11,371 nt of DNA from NCBI GenBank assembly GCA_043228905.1, contig JBHGNT010001161.1, positions 1 through 11,371 on the forward strand, in the 5' to 3' direction. This document shows, piece by piece, positions 1-8,400 of this stretch. A program made the position numbers and the translations under genes. Below the pieces are notes generated by a model, which was not told the DNA's origin, did not search any database, and saw only the letters and a program-made list of their open reading frames with translations. Position 1 is the stretch's first letter; the number at the start of each line of letters is the position of its first letter. Source of the stretch: Azolla caroliniana. Its lineage: Eukaryota > Plantae > Polypodiophyta.

Positions 1-227
1 ACACTGTTGGTGCTAATGTGTATGAATGTATTTACAATAGTATGCCATGGAATTTGTAGCTACAAGTAGTAATTACCATGTTCTCTTGTAAAACAAACAT
101 GTATTTCGCGAAAACAGTTAAATAAATTCGTTTGAGAATCAATTTCTTGTATACAGTTTGCTTTCTGTGCTTCTTTCTCAATAAAATCATGTCTTTTTTG
201 TTAAGTTTTAAGTTTTAAGTTATAGCG

Positions 228-302
228 AAATAGTCATCAGTAGCTAATTAGCTGTACAAATGCAGCTAATTAGCTGTCAATAGCTAAATAGTCATCAATA
301 GC
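228..302. repeat. Outlying copies of the minisatellite palindrome plus a short direct repeat
   Basis: TAGCTAATTAGCTG at 241-254 and CAGCTAATTAGCTG at 263-276, bracketed by AAATAGTCATCA(G/A)TAGC at 228-244 and 286-302. Confidence 0.75.
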
Positions 303-407
303 ATGAAATCAACAATCTGCAACATATTCCTCAAATTACACAGTAGATAAGTACATTGGGAACAAGTAATTAAATTCTTCATTGAATAATGTCATCTCTT
401 TACATAT

Positions 408-1502
408 TTATAAATTACCATTGGAAATGTCTACAAATCTCCTATAAACAGCTAAGCTCTTGCTAGTCAGTGGAAAGAGTCTACATATATTATTTGCATA
501 TCGATCTCGGTATGGAGTCCACAACCATGCACCTAGTTGGCAGCTCACTGTTTGCACCAGGTACTGTTCAGGCATTTCCTCGGGTAGAATGAGACAGCAT
601 CTCTGAATATTGAAGTAGTGTCGGAAATGTTCTATATCCAAAATCAATGTATTGTCGGCATTATATTCAGACCAAGTAGCCCAAAAATCAGAAAGTCTCT
701 TGAATCTTGCAGCTTCCATTTGCTCACAATTTTCTCGTGCCTATTGACCTTTAAAACGACTTCGCCATTTTGGGAAGAATCTTGCTAAACACTTCCACAC
801 ATCTGATTTTGGTTTTCCACTCCAAATAAACAAATCAAAGTATTGCACAACCCACTCTAGAAACTGATTCGCGTCCCTTCTTGGCTGCATATATCTCACA
901 CTCATCAAGACTTTATCAAGCTGCAAGATCAAGGCTCTTCTTTCGACTTCTAGTGGTTTAGGTTTCCATTCTTGAAACTGAGCCGTTGTTACACCATTTT
1001 CTGGTAGGACACGATCAATCTCAATCAGCTCAGGTTCGGCCGACACAACTGGCGTCCTTTTCCTCTTCAAACCCCTAGTCGACTATGTTGGGCTTGGCTT
1101 CACATTCTGGTGCTCTTGTTTTGTCGACTTAGTTATCAATCCTTGGATTACCTCCGTGCATGTAGCTACTGATCTGCTCGATATCAGTCCACTGGTATCA
1201 CATGATGCATCTACTTGCAACACCAAGTCATCTGTGCAACATGCTGCATCTACCTGCAACACCAAGTCATTTGTGCAACATGCTTGATCAACTTGTGTGA
1301 CCAGATCACTTGTGTCAGTTGCTACATCTACTTTCAAGATGGGGCCCTTTAAACATGCCGCAACATCAACAGTATCCACACTGCCATTGGCCTTACGAGC
1401 AATAGAATCAAACCCTTTAGACTCTACAACATCAGAAAACACCAACATATTCACACTCACAAAGTAACTAACAGTCTCACAAAACAACATCCTGAACATC
1501 AA
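408..1502 (-). pseudogene. Decayed CDS with a C-terminal FCP1/NIF-type (CTD phosphatase-like) HAD domain, preceded by 13-aa repeats and a KRKR motif
   Basis: ORFs 1083-1502, 741-1070 and 408-719 are in the same frame, separated only by single TAG codons (1085-1083, 743-741): ..KPSPT*STRGLKRKR.. and ..FKGQ*ARENCEQMEAARFKRL... Motif order LILQLDKVL / RRDANQFLEW / FDLFIWS / KRLSDFW / YNADNTLILD matches the FCP1/NIF pattern (LVLDLDxTL, RPxxxxFL, xxWS, KxL, NTLLxDD). Possible splice acceptor TTGTAG ending at 1424. Confidence 0.7.
1201..1317 (-). repeat. In-frame 39-bp (13-aa) tandem repeat, about 3 copies
   Basis: CATG(A/C)TGCATCTAC(T/C)TGCAACACCAAGTCAT(C/T)TGTGCAA units at 1201 and 1240 and a degenerate unit at 1279; protein DLVTQVDQACCTN / DLVLQVDAACCTD / DLVLQVDASCDTS. 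Confidence 0.9.
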
Positions 1503-1672
1503 AGAGTTTCAGTCATAGAACAACACTCTTCAAATTATCTTGGAAAAACATCATAGAGTTCCATTACATAATGTGGATCAAGCAACAACCAATCTGAGGT
1601 TTTACTTGTCCAACAGGATAGTAAAACTTCATAAAACCCTAGCAAAATCCCTAAGCTAACAATCATATCCAA

Positions 1673-2208
1673 CTAAACAGTATTTCGCTCCACTACGTCT
1701 GGGCCCCTTGACCGAGTAACTAGTCTTGTTCCTAATCGTGGCCCCTTCTTCAGCCTTTTTCGGGCCGGTTGCCCATTTAGCCTTGCTTCTTTCACCCAAT
1801 GCGCAAGTGTGTCCTCCTCCGACAACCTTCCCATCGCCTCAACAGCTAATTGCACATCAGCTGTTTCTTGAATTAGCTTTTCAAGTACAGAGGGATCTGT
1901 TTGGACATTTTCAGTAGTAGGGCTCGGTGGGGTGGAATCAAGGTCTTGAGATTCGAAGAAATGTTGCATCAAGTGTTCATAAACACTGTTGTTGTGAACC
2001 TCAGTTTTACATGTTGTTTCCACTATTTCATGGCATTTCACATCATTGCCTAATTCAGAACACTGTTCCAAAAGAATAGGGTGGAGCTAATCTGAAGGAG
2101 ATGTGATAGCAGGACTCTTACTTTCAGCCACGTTGGCAGCAGTATCCTCATCTGTTGCAGCGTCATCAGCACCAGACACATCATGTGCCGTCCTTAATCC
2201 ACAAGATT
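1673..2208 (-). pseudogene. Probable decayed exon: acidic/low-complexity linker with NLS-like PARKRLKK
   Basis: ORF 1673-2071 extends upstream in frame through one TAG (2089-2087) as SCGLRTAHDVSGADDAATDEDTAANVAESKSPAITSPSD*LHPILLEQ, up to an acceptor-like TTGTAG (AG at 2210-2209). No family recognised. Confidence 0.45.
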
Positions 2209-2218
2209 CTACAATAAC

Positions 2219-3514
2219 ATGGTAGCTATTTAGGATAGCTAATTAGCTACTTTACTAAACTATGGTAGAAGCTAGGATAGCTAATTAGCTAGTACGATAG
2301 CTAATTAGGATAGCTAATTAGCTAATACGATAGCTAATTAGCTACTTTACTCAACTATGGTAGTAGCTAGGATAGCTAATTAGCTACTATGGTAGCTAAT
2401 TAGCTACTTTACTCAACTATGGTAATAGCTAGGATAGCTAATTAGCTACTTTACTCAACTATGGTAGTAGCTAGGATAGCTAATTAGCTACTTTACTAAC
2501 TATGTTAGTAGCTAGGATAGCTAATTAGCTACTTTACTCAACTATGGTAGTAGCTAGGATAGCTAATTAGCTACTTTACTAACTATGGTAGTAGCTAGGA
2601 TAGCTAATTAGCTACTTTACTCAACTATGGTAGTAGCTAGGATAGCTAATTAGCTACTTTACTCAACTATGGTAGTAGCTAGGATAGCTAATTAGCTACT
2701 TTACTCAACTATGGTAGTAGCTAGGATAGCTAATTAGCTACTTTACTCAACTATGGTAGTAGCTAGGATAGCTAATTAGCTACAATGATAGCTAATTAGC
2801 TACTTTCTCAACTATGTAGTAGCTAGGATAGCTTATTAGCTACTAGGATAGCTAATTAGCTGCTAGTAGCTAATTAGCTACTAGGATAGCTAATTGGTTA
2901 CCAGTAGCTATATAGCTAGTAGGATAGATAATTAGCTTTTTGACACAACTATGGTACTAACTAATTAGCTAGTACCATAGCTAATTAGCTACTAGGATAG
3001 CTAATTAGCTGCCAATAGCTATTTAGCTACAAGGATAGCTTATTAGCTACTTTACACAACTATGGCAGTAGCTAATTAGCTAGTAGGATAGCTAATTAGG
3101 TACTAGGATAGCTAATAAGTTGACAGTAGCTAATTAGCTAGTAGGATAGCTAATTAGCTTTTCTACACAACTATGGTACTAACTAATTAGCTAGTACCAT
3201 AGCTAATTAGCTACTAGGATAGCTAATTAGCTGCCAGTAGCTAACTAGCTGCCAATAGCTAATTAGCTACTTTACACAACTATGGTGCTAGCTAATTAGC
3301 TATGAGTAGCTTATTAGCTAGTAGCTAACTAGCTGCCAGTAGCTAATTAGCTACTTTACACAACTATGGTGCTAGCTAATTAGCTATGAGTAGCTAATTA
3401 GCTAGTAGCTAATTAACTACTCTAGTAAACTATGGCAGCAACTAATTAACTAATAGGATAGCTATTAGCTGCTTTAATCAACTATGGTAGTAGCTAATTA
3501 GCTACAACGATAGC
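2219..3514. repeat. Minisatellite built on the 14-bp palindrome TAGCTAATTAGCTA; 42-bp core unit
   Basis: Unit CTTTACTCAACTATGGTAGTAGCTAGGATAGCTAATTAGCTA (starts at 2615, 2657, 2699, 2741); homogeneous about 2345-2783, degenerate flanks with about 17-20-bp subunits and higher-order duplications (offset 222 bp: 2951 vs 3173; offset 84 bp: 3271 vs 3355). Confidence 0.97.
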
Positions 3515-3570
3515 AGCAAAATAGTTTCCATACTTTTTACGGCTTAGCTAATTAGAAAAGACTAAGCTTA

Positions 3571-4714
3571 TTAGCTACAGTATGGTAGAGTTGTACTGCA
3601 ATCTCCGAAATAGAATGCAGTAATTCGACAGGCATGTTGAAAACAAAGCAGATGGTATGTGTGGTTGCATGGTTGTAGGTGAACCAACAAAGACGCAGTT
3701 TTGTCCTCCACACCTAACCCGCAAGCGATGCAACGTGCTTGAACTGTCAATAAATCATTTTCTGGTTCTCCTTCATTTGGTAAGGGAGCAAGAATGTTCA
3801 GGTCCAAATCCTGTCTGGTCCTTACCATCCCCTCCACAAAATGTAGCTGCTTCTTAAGACAGCTAACTACCTGTTCTTGATGAATGTATTGTTCCTTCAA
3901 CGCAACAGAGAAATTTACCGATTAATTATTCCTGTTGTTGAAAGATACACCAACTTTGCTCAAGAATCATTAACTTACTTGAAGCTTATCCAAATTGTAA
4001 TCTGCAACAGTATTTACACCTAGAAGGTCTAGGTTCATTGAAAGAACCTGGATCTCTATTTGCAGTTGTATTTTCCGCTGGGGATCCAGTGGCCCCTCTA
4101 ATTCAAGCTCCTATTGCGCAACCTATTCCAGATAATGCTTGATTGACACAATCACATACCAGCAAAACAATAGTTACCTGAATCTTATTTCTAATCATTG
4201 TAACAACGGAAGTAACTTTGCTCTCCATTGCAGAAGCCATTGTGGCTTTCTCTAAATCAGTCTTAAAAAATGCCAATGTCTCACAGGCTTCATGGACATT
4301 TTTTAGCATATAGCTAACGAATGTCTCACCTGTATCATCGACATTGGCTTTCCTTGGGTGTCGGTGTGGTGTATGCCCCCGGTCTTGCTGGGAGTCGGCA
4401 GTTGCATCAACAGCTGCCATGCTCCAAAATCTGTCTATTTTTTGTGCCAAGGTCCTCATCTTTCGGCATCTTTTTACTGATGCCTCACCATAGACTGCCC
4501 AAGCTACCCTATACATTTCAGGGTCTCTGGATTCCTTCGTTGTTTTGCAGTACTCATATGCAAATGCTCTAGCAAATGAAACTGTCAACTCATTGTTGAC
4601 TGGGATCTCCTGATGAACTTTCTGGTGCAGCCTCATGCAGTCATCGTACAAGTCGGCTCGTACATGCTTTAGCTTGACCTCTGCCTTTGACTCTAGGCAC
4701 TGTATATTCCCCAT
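3571..4714 (-). pseudogene. Decayed spliced CDS: unknown N-terminal domain, coiled-coil exon and RING-H2-like zinc finger
   Basis: Predicted exons 4714-4178, 4122-3979 and 3900-3571 join in phase 0: donors CAG/GTAACT (4177) and CAA/GTAAGT (3978); acceptors AATAG/ (4123) and a damaged TGTTGCG/ (3901). Middle exon is exactly 48 codons (VAQ*ELELEGPLDPQRKIQLQIEIQVLSMNLDLLGVNTVADYNLDKLQ). Last exon has CIAC...PCNHTYHLLC...YFGDC (C-x2-C...C-x-H-x2-H-x2-C; the 7th ligand reads TAT, one change from TGT). Confidence 0.6.
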
Positions 4715-4853
4715 GTTGTTGTTTTTCCAGCATTATTTGCTGAAGATCCCCCAACAAACGGTGATTTTCTTGTTCTAGTGCTACAAATTTCTCTTTTAAG
4801 CACTGGAACTCCGAGAAAACAGATTGGTATTCCTGAGTGCTAACAGTTTCCAT
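4641..4853 (-). CDS. Short coiled-coil ORF, probably the N-terminus of a truncated gypsy-type gag
   Basis: First ATG after the LTR, PBS and pyrimidine-rich leader (4980-4854); heptad-like FQCLKEKFVALEQENHRLLGDLQQI. No capsid motif follows; it overlaps the 4714 ORF in another frame. Confidence 0.45.
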   Translation of the reverse strand: METVSTQEYQSVFSEFQCLKEKFVALEQENHRLLGDLQQIMLEKQQHGEYTVPRVKGRGQAKACTSRLVR

Positions 4854-4980
4854 TTTACTAGGGAGGATAAGAGGATTAGTATGAAGGTAAAAAAGGGGTA
4901 AGAAGATGAGGGAAACTGGAAAAAAGGGGATATGTAAGAAGATAAAAGGAAGAGGAGGAAAGGAGGAGACGGAAGGAGAA

Positions 4981-4993
4981 CAAATCGGTTCAA
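4981..4993 (-). other. Putative self-priming primer-binding site (non-tRNA)
   Basis: On the - strand TTGAACCGATTTG begins 2 nt after the LTR terminal CA (4996), lacks the TGG of tRNA PBSs, and is 13/13 complementary to - strand 5216-5204 (CAAATCGGTTCAA). Confidence 0.75.
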
Positions 4994-5240
4994 ATTGTTA
5001 GGAATTGTACTCAGACAGAGAAGAAATTAGTATTAAGAGAGGAATATTAGTACTAAGAGGAATAGAGGGTGTAAAACACTCAAGAGAAGGAGAGAGAGTG
5101 TGTGTGTGAATGAGTGAGAGATCGAGGGAGAGAAAATGATGATGATAGCGATATATTATGTGAGAAGAATATACAAGGAAGGCTAGGAGGCTTAAGACTG
5201 GCGTTGAACCGATTTGGTTCGAAATAATGTCTTGTGCCTC

Positions 5241-5248
5241 CTTTTATA
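5241..5248 (-). promoter_or_regulatory. LTR TATA box
   Basis: CTATAAAAGG on the - strand; predicts a start site near 5215-5220. Confidence 0.7.
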
Positions 5249-5267
5249 GTGTTCTTAGGAGTAGTCC

Positions 5268-5287
5268 TGAAGCTTCTAGAATGTTCC
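5268..5287. promoter_or_regulatory. Perfect four-unit heat-shock element
   Basis: tGAAg-cTTCt-aGAAt-gTTCc, alternating nGAAn pentamers, 20-40 bp upstream of the LTR TATA box. Confidence 0.75.
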
Positions 5288-5362
5288 AGAGAAATCTGGA
5301 ATATACATTAATTTTCTATTGTAAAACTTAAATAAAAATAATATCCTACGTATTACAATAGA

Positions 5363-5420
5363 TAGTGTAATGGTCAAGAGCTCGACCCATGTAACATAAG
5401 GTCATGAATTCAAGTCTTGT
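5363..5420 (+). other. tRNA-like segment with Pol III A-box and degenerate B-box inside the LTR U3
   Basis: TAGTGTAATGG (5363-5373), AGGTC variable-loop-like motif, ATGAA-TTCAAGT-CTTGT T-arm-like motif; T5363 to T5409 is 46 nt, the U8-to-T54 spacing of a standard tRNA. Acceptor and anticodon stems do not pair, so it is not a functional tRNA. Confidence 0.45.
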
Positions 5421-5434
5421 CATATCATGACAAC

Positions 5435-8400
5435 AACTACTGCAAGAAACCCGGACACAATAAAGCCAATTGTCGTGCACTCAAGGCCAAAAATGATAAG
5501 GCTCAGTAAGGCGAGCAGAAGAGTAGCCGACACAAGGAGATCAACTACGTCGGCTCTACAGCCGAAGTATTATCAAACGACCCGAACATACTATCAATTG
5601 AGAACCCAATCGAATCAGAAGTTTTGTTTACAACTGAAAAATCGAGCACATGGCTCTTAGACTCAGGTGCGTCCTTTCATGTGACTCCTCATCAATCCCA
5701 ATTCCGGCAATACACAGCCCGACAGTCCGACTCAGTACAAAGTTCTGCTTATGACTGAAGAATCGAGCACATGGCTCTTAGCCTCGGGTGTGTCCTTTCA
5801 TGTGACTCCTCATCGATCCCAATTCCGGCAATACACGGTCTGACATTCCGACTCAGTACGAGTAGGAAATTCGCAACATTGCGACATAATTGGAATCGGC
5901 ACGGTAGAGCTCAACCTTGCAGGTGGCTCTACATTACTACTACACAATGTCCGACATGTACCTGAGCTCTCAAGACCACTGATCTCAGTCGGACAATTGG
6001 ATGAAGACAGCATTCGTGTTGGCTTCTCATCAAGAGGGTGGACGCTCCACAGGGGGAAGCCCCTGCTTGCTCGAGGACCGAAGATACACTCATTGTATTC
6101 CTTGCACATCACACTCAGAGAGGGTGACCTGTTTCTGGTTGACATCCCCGAGTCATCACTATGGCATGGACGACTCAGACACCTCAGCAAGGCTGACGTC
6201 ACGCACTTATTCCAAGCCGAATACATCCCCAAACTCTCCTTCTCGGATCATCAATTCTGCGAGCATTGCCAATAGGGAAAACAAACAGCCGCTACACACC
6301 CATCATCCGCCCCGAGAGAATCGAGTCCGCTCGATTTGGTCCACTCGGATGTCTGTGGTCCCATGCCACATCAATCTCTTGGCGGTGCTTTGTATTTCGT
6401 CAGCTTCATTGACGACTCGACTCGGAAGGTGTGAACTTATCCGATCAAAAGGAAAGATCAACACGAGTGTTCTCGATCTTCTCCGTTTGGCTCGCTATGG
6501 TGGAGAATCAATCCGGCCAAAAACTGAAATGCTTTTGGACCAATAACGGGGGAGAGTTCAAATCAAAAGAATTCGTCAAAATTTGCTGACAACGTGGCAT
6601 CAGACATTAATTTGCGGCACCCCACAGTCTGGAGCAGAATGGAATTGCCGAGGGAATGAATCAGACAATTCAAGAAAGGATAGTTTCCATGCTCCAACAC
6701 TCCAGACTGTCGGATGGCTTCTGGGCAGAGGCCCTACTTACAACAGTACACATAATCAGTATGTCGCCGAGCAGGCCTCTAGGACTTCGGATCCCTTAGG
6801 AACTATGGACCGGTAGTAAGCCAAATTATAACAAGCTGAGGATTTTCGAATGCGAGGCATACACCCTCATCCCGAAAGATGATCGCCACAAACTTGCACC
6901 AAGGTTTAGGAAATGTATTTTCCTCGGTTATGGACCAGATGGCGAAATAGGATACCGACTCTAGGACCCCGAGCATAGACAAATCGTCTGAAGTTCGGAC
7001 GTCGTGTTCAACAAGTCAACTATGCATCAATCGGTTGAAAAACCCATCGAAGTCCGAAGGGTAATTTTCTCCAATGTGCCAACCCTTCATGAAGGCCCAG
7101 CTCACAACACGCAGTCAATTTCACGGGAAGTTGAACCCTCTAACACCGACTTGGCAGTGTTAGACTCGGCACAGCCAAATGACTCGGATTTGGACCATCC
7201 GACCTCAACACCCAATGCAACCAGTCCAATCATACCTCGACGATCTGAGACACTATCACAACCCCCGGAAAGATACTCTCCTGATATCTTCCTCATGGAT
7301 GTCGGAGAACTGACGTCATACGAAGAAGCATCGACATCAGCCGACTCGGCCACTTGGCATCTAGCAATGGAGTCCGAAATGAACTCCATTCGTGCAAACC
7401 GCACTTGGGACTTGGTCGAATCACCGAAGGATCGACGTGCCCTTCTGTGTAAGTGGGTCTATCGAGTTAAGGAGACGCCTGACTTGGCCACCCTGAAATT
7501 CAAGGTCAAATTAGTAGCAAAGGGTTTTTGACAAGCATACTGTGTCAACTTCGACGAAATCTTTTCACCAGTGGTGAAAATGACCACCCTTCGCTTTATG
7601 TTGGGCGTAGTGGCAGCCGAGAATTTGGAGCTGATTCAGATAGATTTCAAAACGGCTTTCCTCCACGGTGATCTTGAGGAGGAAATTTATATGGAACAGC
7701 CGAAAGGCTTCGTGGTATCTGGTCAAGAACATCTAGTCTTCCGACTCGGGAAGAGTCTTTACGGCCTGAAACAGATGCCACGACAATGGTACAAGAAGTT
7801 TGACAACTTCATCCAATCGATCGGCTTCTCCAAGAGCGATGAGGACCACTGCCTCTTCATGAAAACAGCTCGGGATGGATCACCCATCTTCCTCATCATC
7901 TACGTGGATGACATGCTCATCTTCGGTCGCCATGACAAAGAACTCGCTGAACTTGTTCTACAACTACAGTTAAAATTTGCCATGAAGGACCTCGGTCCGG
8001 CATGACACATCCTTGGTATGAAAATTAGTCGGAATCGAAATCGAAGACAATTGTTTCTATCTCAATCCGACTACATCGGTCGTGTCCTAGAATGCTTCAA
8101 CATGCAATCGGTGAAATCTGCCTCAACCCCGCTCCCTATTAGCACTCGGTTTTCTCAGCATGAGTGTTCAACATCCGGTCTGGAGGGGGAAATTATGAGA
8201 TCGGTACCGTATGCACCGGCAATCGGCTCTCTAATGTACGCGATGGTCGCGACACGGCCCAACATCGCTCATGTCGTCATAGTCATCAGCAAGTTTATGC
8301 ACAATCCTAGCCGATCGCATTGGAACGCAGTCAAGCATGTGTTCAGATATCTAGTGGGCACAAAAGACCTTGGTATTCTATTCGGCCCAAACGATATCTC

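Larger units (their letters stand above)
4996..5432 (-). mobile_element. 5' LTR (437 bp) of a probable Ty3/gypsy Tf1/Tcn1-like element
   Basis: - strand TGTCA...TAACA termini; HSE, TATAAAAG, then CT/CA-rich R-U5; outer edge interrupts the copia zinc knuckle; inner edge is followed by a PBS-like site, leader and ATG. Flanking 5-mers (CAAAT, ACAAC) do not match, so it is not a solo LTR with a TSD. No similarity to the copia LTRs in this window. Confidence 0.75.

Noticed and set aside
1634-1641. Telo-box AAACCCTA
   Set aside because: Single short motif with no supporting promoter or telomeric context.
2219-3514. CRISPR-like array (palindromic repeats at regular spacing)
   Set aside because: The intervening sequences are themselves repeated, not unique spacers; no cas genes; eukaryotic context.
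741-4113. TAG reassignment, programmed readthrough or U-to-C editing rescuing the cargo stops
   Set aside because: Neighbouring dead copia genes show the same kind of stops, a splice acceptor is also damaged, and plant U-to-C editing is organellar; deamination decay is simpler.
1726-4993. ORFs 1726-1917, 3657-3857, 4321-4572 (+) and 4796-4993 (-)
   Set aside because: Short antisense shadows of better-supported - strand frames, or translation of the pyrimidine-rich leader.
5355-5432. Functional tRNA gene
   Set aside because: Acceptor and anticodon stems do not pair; only promoter-box-like motifs remain.
4996-5432. Solo LTR, or the 5' LTR of the + strand copia
   Set aside because: No TSD, opposite orientation, no similarity to LTR 9094-9419, and it is followed by a PBS-like site and leader.
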